Positions 42,775 through 60,583 are shown, counted from the stretch's first letter. The stretch is DNA of 64,000 bases from the human T2T-CHM13v2.0 reference genome, Homo sapiens (GCF_009914755.1 NC_060929.1), one strand, 5' to 3'. Program-made: numbers and translations. Notes: generated by a model from the letters alone, not told the origin.

Positions 42775-43864
42775 AAAAGTACTTCCTACTTGGCACTATT
42801 CAACTTCTCCCATTTCTTTACTTATCTCTTTTTGCAGGTGATCTTTTATCCTACTTCAGAGAAACTAGTCCCTCCAGCATTTCTTTCCATTGGCTTCAAC
42901 CTCAACTTCCCCTGTGATATAGATAGCTACATTGACCCTCTGGTCTTTCTTAGAATTACCCTTCTTAATCTAATCCCTTTTTGCTTCTTTTGAGATTTTG
43001 ATCTTTCTGTATCCTCAGTCATTGTCATTCTTCCCTGGCTCCTTTCTTCAGCCAATAAACAGGTTCATTCCAATTCCTTTCCCTTTAGCTTCAAGTTATT
43101 GCCCTAATTCTTTCCTTGTGAAACTCATACTTCCTGGGAATAGTCTACATATGTCATGTCCACATTCAGTGCTCAGCCAGGTAGCAGACTAACCCAGCTG
43201 AAAACGACCTCATCACCATGGTTCCAAGGCAATAATGCATGTGGGAATGGAGGAGGGAGTACTGGGGAAGGAGATCCCTATTTAAATAGGGTCTAGTTGC
43301 CAAAACTAACAAGTGAAGATGGGTGATTGCCAAGAAGTTACCAAAGAGTCAAGGAGGGGACAAATCTGCAGGAGTAAATCTACAATGTAAGCAGGATCTA
43401 CCATATAAGCAAAGTCCAAAGCGTGAGGCGGTGGGGGGCCACAGGGCAAGGGTGGGTTCAGTTCAGCCCAACCAGGAGAAGGTATAGAGTTAGATCATCT
43501 CTAACTCAGTGCATACAATTGCTGTTGCTCAGATGGACAAACAGGACCCTCTCCCACAGAAGAACCTGGCTGCCCCAGGCTTTCTATCTAGTGGTGAGGG
43601 CTCCATCCCTACACTTCATAAACAACATTCAGAAAATAGTTAATGCATGGATGCCTACAACAAATCAGCATTTCTGAATAAAATAATATTGAGGTAACAT
43701 TACCAAATTCATTATGTCAAATGCTTTTTTCTTAAAATATATTCACTTTGGATCATACATAACAAAAAATTTGCAAACTAGGTTTTTCAAAATAATAAAT
43801 GTTAATTAACATTTCTGCAGTGCCAGTAGATGAAATTAAAAGCATGGGCTTTGGAATAAGACTG

Positions 43865-44384
43865 TGTGTTATGCAGAAGTGTAACCCCCAGGCCTCTAAA
43901 ACATGTCCTAAAGTTGGAAAGTGAAAGCATTACCTTATATGGCAAAGGGGAATTAAAGTTGCAGATGGAATGAAGATTAATAGTTAGCTGCCCTTCAAAT
44001 AGGGAGATTATTCTAGATGATATATGTAGGCAATGTATTAATAGTAATCACAAGGGCCCTTAAAAGTAAGCAAAGGAGGTAAAGTGAAGGTCAGAGTAAA
44101 GCAGCATGAGAAGAACTCAATTCTCCTTTGTTGGCTCTACAGATGGAGGAAGGGGGCCATGAATGAAAGAATGTGGGCAGCTCTAGAAGTTGGAAAAGGC
44201 AAGAAAATGGATTTTCTCCTAGAGCCTCCAGAAGTGAATGCAGCCCTGATGAATCCTGATTTTAGTTCAATGAAACCTGTGTCAGACTTGTGTCCTGCAG
44301 AACACAGAAATATGAGATAAAAAATTTATGTTTTTTATGCCACTAAATTTGTAGCCATTTGTCGTAGCTGTAAAAACCAATACA
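43865..44384 (+). mobile_element. MLT1D-type LTR inserted in a MIR (about 43835-44585)
   Basis: TACCTTATATGGCAAAGGGGAATTAA..GGATTTTCTCCTAGAGCCTCCAGAA..AATACA; TSD GACTG / GACTA; MIR sequence continues on both sides. Confidence 0.82.
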
Positions 44385-45227
44385 GACTACATGGTTCCAA
44401 TCTTGACCATCATTTACTACATATGGGACTTTGGGAAAGTTGGCTAACTTTTTTTTTCCTATGTATTAATCTGTACAATGAGACTAGTAACACCATCTAC
44501 TTGAGGATTGAATGATGTAATACACAGAATACTTAGAATAATGCCGGATACCTAGTAAGTGTTCAGCAAATATTAAATGTCATTATTTTTCATTGCTGTT
44601 CTTTACTTACATTATTTGATTTTATCTTCACATTTTACCTAAGAATATACTTCAAATATATGTTTTCCTCTTTCCATTTAAACAGCACAAGAAAAATATC
44701 TACTAAATGCTTAATAGCCTTAATGTCAAGGCTTGACTTGCCTGGAGTACCTTCTTAGAATGTTTTGTTTTTAGCCTTGAGCAGCGAACTCGTCTTGTTT
44801 CTAACTTGCTAGAACAAGCCATGCTAACACCATTTTTCAAAAGAAATTTCTTACTTCTTGACGACTTAATTATACTGCCACTGGTTGATGACTTTGCATC
44901 TGAAACCAAGACCTTGAAATAAACACAGTCATTTCAGTTCTTGATACAAGTGAATGAAAGAGCACTCTGTGATTAGCTTGTCGGCTTAAGAGTGCATGAT
45001 AGCAATGGGATAAAATTAACTACACTTGCCAATGACCTGATATTCATTAGAGATTTTGGTAGTTCCTAAACTTTTATTCTTTAAGAAGTTTATTGTGTTT
45101 GATATATTCAGTATGTTTGCAGTACATCCAGTTATTTTATTTGGGAAATGTACTGGTGTTGCAATACTTAATTAACCTAAATAATTTACTTTTTCCAAAA
45201 TGTGTCACAAAAGAGGATTTTTGTTAG

Positions 45228-45569
<342 letters not shown>

Positions 45570-45860
45570 TAAAGTTCCTTTATTTTTAATAGGTTCTGGG
45601 ATCCTCCCAGAGATCACAAATGTAAATAGCATCCATCTTCATGCCTGAAAAGTATGAAAAAGAGCTGGTCTTGCATTAGTCTAAACAGTTCCACTCTCCT
45701 AATGGTTATTAATAAGAAGAATTTCTTTTATAATAACTGACAGCAATATTCATAATTAAATACCAAAGAGCATTATTTGGAAAAGAGGCTTTAGTAATGT
45801 ACCACATCTTTGCCTGTTTCAATGGCTGGTGAAACAGAATGGACTGAGCTTCCTTATTTG

Positions 45861-46444
45861 CCTTTCTTTCTCTCTTCTTTCTTTTCTTTTCTCTTTTCTT
45901 TCTTTTCCTTCCTTCCTTCCTTTCCTTTCCTTCCTTCCTTCCTTTCCTTTCCTTCCTTCCTTTCTCTCTTTCTTTCACTTTCTTTCTTCTTTCTTCTTTC
46001 TTTTTCTTTTTCTTTCTCTCTTCTCTTCTTTCTCTCTTCTCTTTTTTCTTTTCTTTTTCCTTCCCTTCTTTCTCTTTCTTTCTTTTTCTTTCTTTCCCTT
46101 CCTTCCTTTCTTTCCCTTCCTTCCTTCCTCCTTCCTCCTCCCTCCCTCCTTCCTCCCTCCCTCCCCCTTCCTTCCTTCCTTCTCCCTTCCCTTCCCTTAC
46201 CTCCCCTCCCTTCCTTTCCCTTCCTTTCCTTTCTTTCTTTCTTTCTTTCTTTTCTTTCCTTTCTTTCTTTTTTCTTTCTTTCTTTCTTTCCTTTCTTTTT
46301 TCTTTCTCTTTCTTTTCCTTCTTTCTTCTCTCATTCTTTTCTTTCTCTCTCTTCTCTTTTCTTTCTTTCTCTCTTTTCTTTCTTTCTCTCTTTTCTCTTT
46401 CTTTCTTTCTCTCTCTCTCTCTCTTTCTTTCTTTCATTCTTTCT
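45861..46444. repeat. ~580 bp compound polypyrimidine/polypurine microsatellite (TTTC, TTCC, TC)
   Basis: Only about four purines on the + strand across the tract. Confidence 0.97.
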
Positions 46445-47599
46445 GCCATGTCCCAGGATTTGTGAAATTCTATCAAAAGCTAAATTATATATTATTTAGA
46501 ACTATATACACAAGTGATAGAATTGATTTTAAAACCCACACAATTCAGAATAGTGCCACCTTTGGAGGAAGTAGGGAGATAGGATGGGTGAAGAACACAC
46601 AGGTGGCCCCGGTGGTATGGGTAGTGTCAGAGTTCTGGTTTGGGTGATATTTCCCCAGGTGATTGTTCTATTGTTATGCTTTATAATGTACTATGCTGGA
46701 AATTTTTTTTTGGTATATCAAATATTTATTTTATAAAAGAACAACCAATCTCTGCTTTACTGAGCTTGTAGTCTTGTGTGGTCTCCAGAACTTCATTATT
46801 TCTTGTATCTTACACTGTAACCATTTTCTCCCACCCCCTCCGTTTTTACAAGTCTGTCACTTCTTTTTGGGAAAAATATCAAACTATATAGTCCTAAATT
46901 AAAAAAAGAAAGGAGTGATGAAAGAGCATTTTGAACTCACATGTGATTGCCTATCCTGGTTCAAAGAACCAGAGATCATCACTGTCTAATGAGAGAGGTG
47001 GGTGCACTTGCTTGTTTTCCTGTCTGTTTCCTTTTTCCTTGGGGCGGGGTCAGCCATCTGCACACCTCGTGTATAACATGGTGCTAAATAGTAGAAAGGC
47101 AAGATTCTAGATCCTCTTTTACCACTCACTCATTGTGTGACCTTATGCAAGTAACTAAATATTCAGGTTTTTAAAAAATTTATTTACCAGTGTCAGAATG
47201 CTCACATATATAACCTGCCCTCCCGAGTCTTTTTATAAGTATATACTTGCAAACATGAGAGCATTTTTAAAAGTTAAGTGCTACACTAACGATGTATACT
47301 GCTGTAAGCATTTTTGTTACAATCATGTGAATTTGAAAACAAACATTTCTGGAAAAATTTGTGCCTATAATACAAATAATAAGGTACAAGGGGATGGTAT
47401 GGCAGAAAGAAGGTAGATTTATGTATTTGTGTTCAGATAAGCTTGGGTTCAAAGCTTGGTACTGCTTGTTATTAGCTAGGCCTTCTTTGTCAAGTATGTT
47501 TATTCATTGGAACCTCAGTTTCTTCACCTGCAAAATAGGATAATCATACTAGGCTCATAGGGTTGTGGAAAGATTAATTCAACTACTTTATTATGGTCC

Positions 47600-48490
<891 letters not shown>

Positions 48491-48576
48491 AATCACAGTA
48501 TCTGGCATAAAATGTGTGTCAAAAATGCTTAGCTATCTTTCTTCACTCCCCCACCTAAATTATTTTTAAAACTAAA

Positions 48577-49184
48577 AAAGAATAAAAAGAAACGAACAAA
48601 GCCTCCAAGAAATATGGGACTATGTGAAAAGAACAAATCTACATCTGATTGGTGTACCTGAAAGTGATGGGGAGAATGGAACCAAATTGGAAAACACTCT
48701 GCAGGATATTATCCAGGAGAACTTCCCCAACCTAGCAAGGCAGGCCAACATTCAAATTCAGGAAATACAGAAAACACCACAAAGATACTCCTCGAGAAGA
48801 GCAACTCCAAGACACGTAATTGTCAGATTCACCAAAGTTGAAATGAAGGAAAAAATGTTAAGGGCAGCCAGAGAGAAAGGTCAGGTTACCCACAAAGGGA
48901 AGCCCATCAGACTAACAGCGGATCTCTCGGCAGAAACTCTACAAGCCAGAAGAGAGTGGGGGCCAATATTCAACATCCTTAAAGAAAAGAATTTGCAACC
49001 CAGAATTTCATAACCAGCCAAACTAAGCTTCATAAGTGAAGGAGAAATAAAATCCTTTACAGACAAGCAAATGCTAAGAGATTCTGTCACCACCAGGCCT
49101 GTCCTGCAGGAGCCCCTGAAGGAAGCACTAAACATGGAAAGGAACAACCGGTACCAGCCACTGCAAAAACATGCCAAATTGAAA
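48577..49184 (+). pseudogene. L1 ORF1p remnant (RRM/CTD), 5'-truncated with a premature stop at 49011-49013
   Basis: ORF 48624-49013 translates to ORF1p sequence RATPRHVIVRFTKVEMKEKMLRAAREKG. Confidence 0.92.
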
Positions 49185-49247
49185 AGACCATGGAGGCTAG
49201 GAAGAAACTGCATCAACTAATGAGCAAAATAACCAGCTAACATCATA

Positions 49248-52678
<3,431 letters not shown>

Positions 52679-53589
52679 CTCCTGGACTGCACTGCTTCAG
52701 GCAGTTGGATGTCCTTGTCTTGCATTATTATTTACTTTTTCATTGACCCTTGTCATATACATCTCTGTATCCTTATGTATGTTTTCATGATTAAACATTT
52801 ATTGAGCAAGAGCATGATAGATGTGATAAATGAAGTCAAAAGAAAAAAAGCTGTGATATTTCAACCTTGATCTATTTTTTTAAAGATGAAACACTCATAA
52901 AGATGAAAGGTACTATGGAGGTGAGTAATCTGAAAACCGAAATAGGTAAATACCATGCGGATCAAAACTATTCCAATATATTAAGACTCTGAACAAATTC
53001 TAAAATGCTCCAAGAAACAGAGAAGTCAAAGATAGCTGATAGTAGGTTAAGAAAGATTGCATTCTTCATATAGAAAAATTGGAATAAAATTAGAAATATA
53101 ATAAAGTAATTCTGTTCATCTTCCCAAATGTGTGGATTATTCAATTTGTAGTTTTGTTGGCCTCATCCTTTTTCTGGAGCATTTCCTTGCTCATTGGCAG
53201 CTCAATCAGGGAATTTATCTTTGGTTCTCAAAGGTGGCTCTAAAGGTCAGGTGGAGAGAGGAGGCTAAAGTCAAGCAATGACATGGCTCAGGATCTGCAG
53301 GAAGAGATTTCACCTTGTTCCCTTTCAGGAGGTACAGAGTTGGCTCCGGCTTATTATCTCATTACTAATGTCCTTTAGTTCACTTTGTCTTTGAAATGGG
53401 CCATTTTTTTAGAACCAGAATCTGCTGAAAGATACAGTATTTTATTTCATCCCAACTGATGCCATTGGAAAATATGGATTTTTTTAAAATTGGCAGATTT
53501 ACTGTTCATTTTATTTCATGTAGGGAACTGAATACTTAAAATGATTGGGAAAATTACTAAACGGTCAAAAAATCTGTACATTTAGTTTT

Positions 53590-54212
53590 CTTCTTATTTA
53601 TTTAGTTAGTTTTTTTTAATATACTTTAAATTTTAGGGTATATATGCACAACGTGCAGGTTTGTTACATATGTACACATGTGCCATGTTGGTGTGCTGCA
53701 CCCATTAACTCGTCATTTAACATTAGGTATATCTCCTAATGCTATCCCTCCCCACTCCCCCCATCCCACAACAGTCCCCGGTGTGTGATGTTCCCCTTCC
53801 TGTGTCCATGTATTCTTATTGTTCAATTCCCACCTAAGAGTGAGAACATGCGGTGTTTGGTTTTTTGTCCTTGCGATAGTTTGCTGAGAATGATGGTTTC
53901 CAGCTTCATCCATGTCCCTACAAAGGACATGAACTCATCCTTTTTTATGGCTGCATAGTATTCCATGGTGTATATGTGCCACATTTTCTTAATCCAGTCT
54001 ATCATTGTTGGACATTAGGGTTGGTTCCAAGTCTTTGCTATTGAGAATAGTGCCGCAATAAACATACATGTGCATGTGTCTTTATAGCAGCATGATTTAT
54101 AATCCTTTGGGTATATACCCAGTAATGGGATGGCTAGGTCAAATGGTATTTCTAGTTCTAGATCCCTGAGGAATCGCCACACTGACTTCCACAATGGTTG
54201 AACTAGCTTACA
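53590..54212 (-). mobile_element. Inverted 3' end (ORF2 C-terminus, 3' UTR, poly-A) of the same L1PA
   Basis: Minus strand reads CKLVQPLWKSVWRFLRDLELEIPFD...KTKHRMFSLLGGN*, then the 3' UTR and A tail, then TSD (TTTAGTTTT on + at 53581-53589). Confidence 0.95.
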
Positions 54213-54403
54213 ATGAAGAGAAAAATAGATGCTGTGGGTCAACAGGAGGAAGAAGTACTCTGATCATGGGGACCTGAAAAGGTTTCATGAAGGAAGAGGT
54301 ATTATTGGGCATTAAAATATTTGGATAACAGAATAAAGAGGTGAGGACACCTCAGGTACAAGAGTCAGTATGAGTAAAGGCAGCCAGAGCTGTCAGCTTG
54401 GGG

Positions 54404-55400
54404 CAATATTTCCCAAAGTGTGGACCATGTAATATGATTTCAGTTAATACAAGGACAATCATTTTAGATTTTAACAGTCGAAAACCACACAGGTGAGGAG
54501 AGGCTAGACTTATCTCAAACAGGGAGGAATAAGGAATCCCGTTCCCCAGCTCCTGCCTTCTGCAGTGATCTCTAGCTCAGACAGCACGCAGGGCTGTCAG
54601 CACCCAAGTAAGTTCAGAGACCAAGGACATTCTGATGGAGTGCAGCAACAAAACCATCTCACGATTAGAACAACCACCATACTGCATTTCTCTTATTACT
54701 GGAGGTCCCTCGCAGCTCCTACCCCACTGCCTCGGAAAGAGGCCAACTGAGGGCTCTCAACCCATGCAGAAGACATGGGGGTATGAAGATGTAGACAGGC
54801 CCAGCTGTATGCCAAGGGACTCAGGGTAGTAAATTTATTTAAATTTGAATGGTGAGTCATCTTAGAACAAAACCCTGTAACTCATAATTTATAACCACAA
54901 GAGGTTCACAAATATGGCAAAAATCATGAAGGTTGTGTTAGTTGCTTAGGGCCACCATAACAAAATGCCACAAACCAAGTGGCTTGGACAACAGAAATTT
55001 GTTGGCTCATAGTTCTGGAAGCTGGGAAGCCTGAAATCAAGGTGCCAGCAGGGTGATTCCTTCTGAGGCCTGTGAGGGAGAATCTGTTCCAGGTCTCCTA
55101 GTTTCTGGTAGCCTCAGACATGCCTGGCTTGTAAATAATGTTCTGTCTATGTCTTCATGTCATATTCCTCTTTGTGTGTCTGTGTCCAAATTCCCCCTTT
55201 TTATTAAGACACCAGTCATAATGGATCACAGCCCACCCTAATGACCTCATTTTAATTGTATTACTCTTGCAAGAACTCTATTTCCACATAAGGTCACATT
55301 TCTGAAATACTGGGGGACTTCAACATATCTTTTGTAGGGGTGGTGCAGTTAAACTGATAACAAAGGAATGACTTGAATGACTGAAGTTTGGGTAACCCTG
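54404..55400 (-). mobile_element. MER113-like hAT-Charlie element, interrupted
   Basis: Termini CAATATTTCCCAAA / TTTGGGTAACCCTG; ATATGGCAAAAATCATGAAGG motif. Confidence 0.5.
54934..55362 (-). mobile_element. MLT1A-C MaLR solo LTR
   Basis: TGTGTTAGTT..CAACAGAAATTT..AGTTCTGGA..AATCAAGGTG..CCTAATGACCTCATTTTAA; TSD AAGGT / AAGGA. Confidence 0.85.
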
Positions 55401-55639
55401 GCTTAATGGAAGCTGTCCATCCTGGCTTTGGTTCATTTAAGTACAGATGTGTCATCTTACAGCTGTGCTATCTTAGGCAGATTATTTTACCTTTCAGAAT
55501 TAAGTTTTCTCATTTATGGAATAAAGGAATTGAAGTTAGATCAGTAGTTACCAGGTTTTTTTGGATTTTGTAGACTACTAAACTTTCAAAGAACAAAAGA
55601 AGATATATAACAGAAGGCTTGAAACTTAATTTTGCCAAA

Positions 55640-56030
55640 TGTGGGAGGGATTGGCTAAGTTGTCACTAATCCTGCTTCCTCTTCCTCCTGCGCGGACAGC
55701 TAAACTGTAATTCCCAGCCTTATTTGCTGTTAGGTTTGGCCACGTGGTGAGTTCTAGCAAAGGAATAGGAATAGCAGTAATTGTATATCACATTTCCAGG
55801 CTTGACCAATAAAAATTTCCCTCTAGCAATCTTCCTTCTCTTCCTACATTGCCAGCTGGACAGATGAGACCTTGGGGAATATGGGTAAGGGCAGACCCAC
55901 AATATGGAAGCCAACTCAGGTCCCTGAGTGAACTGGGGGATAGTCCCTATATTCAGATTTTACTTGAGGAAGACATTAATTTATTGGGTTAATCTATTAA
56001 TATCTGGTGTTACAGCAGCTGTCATCACAT
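55640..56030 (+). mobile_element. Old MLT1 (H/I/J-like) LTR
   Basis: TGTGGGAGG..TTCCCAGCCT..CCACGTG..GAGTTCTAG..GGTCCCTGAGTGA..TGTTACAGCAGC. Confidence 0.6.
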
Positions 56031-57899
56031 ACTTATATTCCAAATATGGACATTAAAAAAAATACCATCTACTATCACAAATGAAGGACTATTTAACATT
56101 AAAAGATGTACAAAGTCTACAGTCTTAGAAACAGGAGCAGTTCTTCAACTTGAAAAGCTAACTTCTTTGAAAACTCTTGGCCTTAATCTGATTTTTCTCT
56201 TTTCACCATGAATGAGCGATAACTTTATAATAGACAGTCATTGGCCCACGAACTAACAATGAACCTCTAGGATGGACGACTCTCCATCCAATCAGAGGGC
56301 AAGTCACAAGCTGAATCCACCTGCTCAGAACAGTTGTCAGGTAGGAGCCTCTCTCCATCTGAGGGCTATGCCATCACCCTCTGTGTGGCTTTATTTCCAG
56401 CAAGCTCAATCCTTATGGTGGGCTTCCTTTCTCCAAGTTAACATGGTCATAGCTGAAAATCCAGGGGAGGAAAAGCCTTCTTCCTTTGGCTCCTGTAAAA
56501 GTCCCAGGATCAGTTCTGATTGGATCAACTTGTATCAAGTGCCTAGCCCCAACCAAACCTTGCAGCCAGGAGGGCAGGATGTGCCATGTGGCCAGGTTGG
56601 GGTCACAGTCACAGCTGGGTCCCCAAGGAAAATATGAGAGTTCTGTTACCCAAAGAAAGGAGAATGAGCTCCATGAGGCCAAAGTAGTGGGGAACATCAT
56701 AGTAGCCTAGGGTAATGCCATAGGTTAGGTGCCATAATGTGGTAGAAGGCTAAATAAGGATTCTGCCCAGCCTTGCAGTGGGATTTTAAAAGTGTGAGAG
56801 AGGAATTGGTTTGCAGTGAAGCACTTTGACAATCAAAAGGAAAATGAATAATAATCAAACAAGCAACATATTGCAAATAAAATGTATTCTCATCCATACC
56901 AAGATAGATGCAGATGCCAAATTCTGGGGGTTAGGCAGGCTTATTAATTTAAAATGTGAGCTTTGTTTTTTATTAGGAGCATGAGAAAAAATGATATAAA
57001 TTTGGGATAATTAAAAACTCAGTTTCTCCATATATCATAATATTTTCATATGCAATTAGTATCATTCCATCTGTGAGAAAAGACTTACAATAAAGACATC
57101 TAGTACTTAGTATTATCAAGGCCACATAATTTTTTCCCGCCTGAAATTAGTGCCCTTCCTCCTTAACTGGTGGTTTTAGGTAATTAAATATGCTTTTACT
57201 TTACCCAGCTTAGTACAAAGTTTTAGGCTTTCAATCCAAGTCCTATAGAACATATTATCTCTCCAAATCCTTTGAAAGTCTTGTGCCATCATTTTTGTCT
57301 CTTTTTTTCTAATTATACCAGAATGATACATTTATTTTCCTGTTTCTAACAATCTAGCTAAAGTCTCATAAAATGTAACCCAGCATACATCTTCTAGAAA
57401 TAATTAGACAATGAAGAATTTTCAAACCTAGTTTAGATAAAAACCACAGTATTACTCTTTGTTTCATCATGTTTGTCAGTCTATTTTTCTTTTTCCTCTC
57501 TGCTATTATTAATTCAGTCAAAAGTCCTTCAATATGAATTCTCAACATAGTAATAGGTTAAGTTTGTTTCTGATCTTTCTGCTCATACTTTTCTCTCCCA
57601 GGCAAACGTGAAGGCCAGTCAATACCTTGATTGCTTCAAGACTATCTGCGCTCTGAATCTCCATGTAAGAGTGTACTATCATTTTTTTTTCCTTCAAAAA
57701 GAGGGAAAAAATGCATAGTCCCATACATCTGCTTGCTATTTCTAATGTATTACATGTGTATCAACTTCTGTTTTGGGAATAAGGTATTCATAATTATTAA
57801 GAGGAAGATCAGTTATAAAGACAAAATTTAGATTTTGTTTTTACTAGAGAAATTTGGCATTCAAAATTATTGTCAAATGTCAAGGGATAGTTAATCATG

Positions 57900-58295
57900 A
57901 ATTCTTTTAACAAATACTTATTGATTCTCTGAAAGTGCCAGGCATTGTGATCTAGGAGCTGGGGACACATCACTAAAGCAAACATGCTAGATCCTTCCCT
58001 CATGGAGATTATATTCCAGAGGAGGAGGTAGGAAATAAACACATAGACGACCAAAAAAAATGCCACGTTGTGAGAAATGCTGCTAAAGGAATAAACTTGG
58101 TGCAAAGTGGCAGAGAACTGCTAAGGAAGTGCCCTCTGAGGATGTAATGTCTAAGCTGAGGCCAAGAGGATAAGAAAAAGACAATCACACTATGGAGCTG
58201 GGTTGGGAAAGCCCTCCAGGCAGAGGGAACACATTTGCAAAGGTCCCAAGGCTGGAAAGGGTTCACCAATTCAGGGGGAAAGGAGGCCAGGTGGC
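57900..58295 (-). mobile_element. L2a 3' end
   Basis: AACAAATACTTATTGA..GTGCCAGGCATTG..CCCTCATGGAG..CCAGGCAGAGGGAACA..GCAAAGGTCC. Confidence 0.85.
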
Positions 58296-58994
58296 TAGAT
58301 CATTCTTTTCACTCATCTCAGTGGTCATAGTTAAACTCAATTTAGAGACAGTATTGCTTATATCTAATGCGTCATTTTTAGTTTGTTGGTAGTAATTTCT
58401 CTTTAATAATGTCTTGTTTTTCATATGCATTAGGTAGTTTTTAGTTCTCTGAATGAGTCTCTTTAACACTTTGAGAACACTAAAGATGCACTTCAATAGT
58501 CAACATAAGTCAGAAAGAGTTAATACACCTCCCCAAATGCCCAGTTTACTGCCAAGAAATTTCTTATACCCTGAGAGAATCTGGCTGGATATTCAGAGCC
58601 ATCTGGTATTTAAAGCAAAACCCACTGTGCTGAACTGGGCAGTATCTTAAAAACATAATAACAATGAATCTCTCAGTTTTAACATAACAACCAATCTCAG
58701 CCTACGTCCAGTGAACCAAGCTGTGCTGTTTGCTTTTTAGTGCCCTGATTTCAGTAACATTTCAAACTATCTAACAAGATGTCATGTAGAAAAGTCTTAT
58801 GGAGCAGGGCTTGATTGTCTCTTTTGAGCATAGCAGCATCCTAGTGTCTGTTCCATCTGTTTCTTGCAAGCACTGGGCCAATCAGGAATCAGTCAGTCTG
58901 AAAAGGACACAATGCTGACTGCAGACCCAGCTCTGCTCCAGTTCTGTGGCAAACGGGAGAAGAGGCTTCCTTGGGGAGGAATAGGGTAAACATT

Positions 58995-59210
58995 GGGAGA
59001 ATGGACTTTGACTTCAGAGAGACTTTAAGCCCAAATTCCAGGGTTCCACTCGTGGTCATTAAGACCCCGGTCCTTAGGTAATTTACATAACTGCTTCAAG
59101 CTTCACTTTTAGCAACTGTAGAAGAACTGCTTATTTGATTTGTTGTGAGAATTAAGTGAGAGAATGCACTTAAAGTGTGTGGCACATCATAGGTGTTCAA
59201 CAACTGCAGA
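58995..59210 (+). mobile_element. MIR
   Basis: TGTTGTGAGAATTAAGTGAGAGAATGCA..GGCACAT..AGGTGTTCAA. Confidence 0.65.
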
Positions 59211-60211
59211 TACCGCTTTCTTTATTCTAATTCATAAGCTTCATTCCTCAGGTGAGTAGAGGAAGACCTACCTGCTAAGCATCTTCTCATCCCCAAACAG
59301 ATATGGCGGGTATCGAGGGTCTATAAAGTCAGCTACCTACCAAGGCCATCTTGTACCAGTTCAATCACTACATCCCACCCTGGCACCATTGTCTGAGACT
59401 ATGACCTGGTCAGGAGGACCTGTTGGCCTAAGGGCCCCCACTGGTGAGGAAAAGATGTAGACATTTTAGACACTTTAAATAACGGTTCCAACATGACCTT
59501 TGTACTGCACTATGCCTTCTCTCCTAAGGTCTCCTGGATTTTCAGATGGCAGAGAAAATAGCTGGTAGCAATTTCCTGTCTCCAATCAATTTGAAGATAG
59601 CTCTGTTAAACCCCTGTCTCCTGAGTATCTAGTGATCTCAAGGTTTGAGAGAAATAAAAATAGCTGCTTGTCTCACACAATAAAAAAGTCTAGAATGTCC
59701 TACCTTACGCATAGCAGAAAATACCTGAAATTTATTAATGATTTAAGTTTTACTCACCACTTGTTGGCGTTATTTGTTATTCATAACTTAGTAACAGCCA
59801 ACTAGATTTATAAATTGACTTTGTTTCATCAAATCAAAATAGACTTTATTTTAAATGCCAGATTTTCTTCGAAGAAAGAATACAGGATTTGAGATATTAC
59901 TTTAAAGTGAGAATATAGAGAAAAATAACTCCCAGGTGTTTGAAGATTCCTCTACTTGGTGCTTCTACCTTCCTGGATCCCTGATGATGGTTGACAGAAG
60001 CCCCATCATCCCAGCAATGGCCCCATTGGTCCCTACCTCCAGATCCAACTTCCCTCTGCCTCCAGATGAGAACACCAACAGGAAGCCTCCAGTCAGCTGG
60101 CTCTCTTCCAGCTGCTTATTGTCTCTTATTGGCCTGTGCCATAAGGCTTCAGCCCCAGTTTAGGGATGGATTGTCAGAAAGAGCTCCCCAGGAGGGCGTG
60201 GTCTTTGTGCC

Positions 60212-60583
60212 TGATATGGTTTGGCTGTGTCCCCACCAAAATCTCATCTTGAATTCCCATGTGTTGTGGGAGGGACCTGGTGGGAGGTAACTGAATCATG
60301 AGAGCAAGCCAATCATGAGAGCAAGCCTTTCCTGTGCTGTTGTCCCGATAGTGAATAAGTCTCACAAGATCTGACAGTTTTAAAAATGGGAGTCTTTCTG
60401 CACAAGCTCTCCCTTTGCCTGCTGCCATCCATGTAAGATGTGACTTGCTCCTTCTTGCCTTCCACCATGATTGTGAGGCTTCCCCAGCCACATGGAATTG
60501 TAAGTCCAATTAAACCTCTTTCTTTTGTAGATTGCTCAGTCTCAGGTATGTCTTTACCAGCAGCATGAAAATAGACTAAAAAG
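60212..60583 (+). mobile_element. THE1B-type MaLR solo LTR
   Basis: TGATATGGTTTGGCTGTGTCCCCACC..CAGCAGCATGAAAATAGACTAA; perfect 5-bp TSD GTGCC (60207-60211 / 60584-60588). Confidence 0.93.

Noticed and set aside
45709-46647. Three long ORFs (229-272 aa), K/E/R-rich or F/L/S/P-rich
   Set aside because: Artefacts of the polypyrimidine tract, which lacks stop codons; no coding complexity.
59249-59257. Consensus splice donor CAG|GTGAGT (also a strong acceptor-like site near 42837)
   Set aside because: Isolated splice-like motifs are expected by chance in 64 kb; no convincing paired exon.
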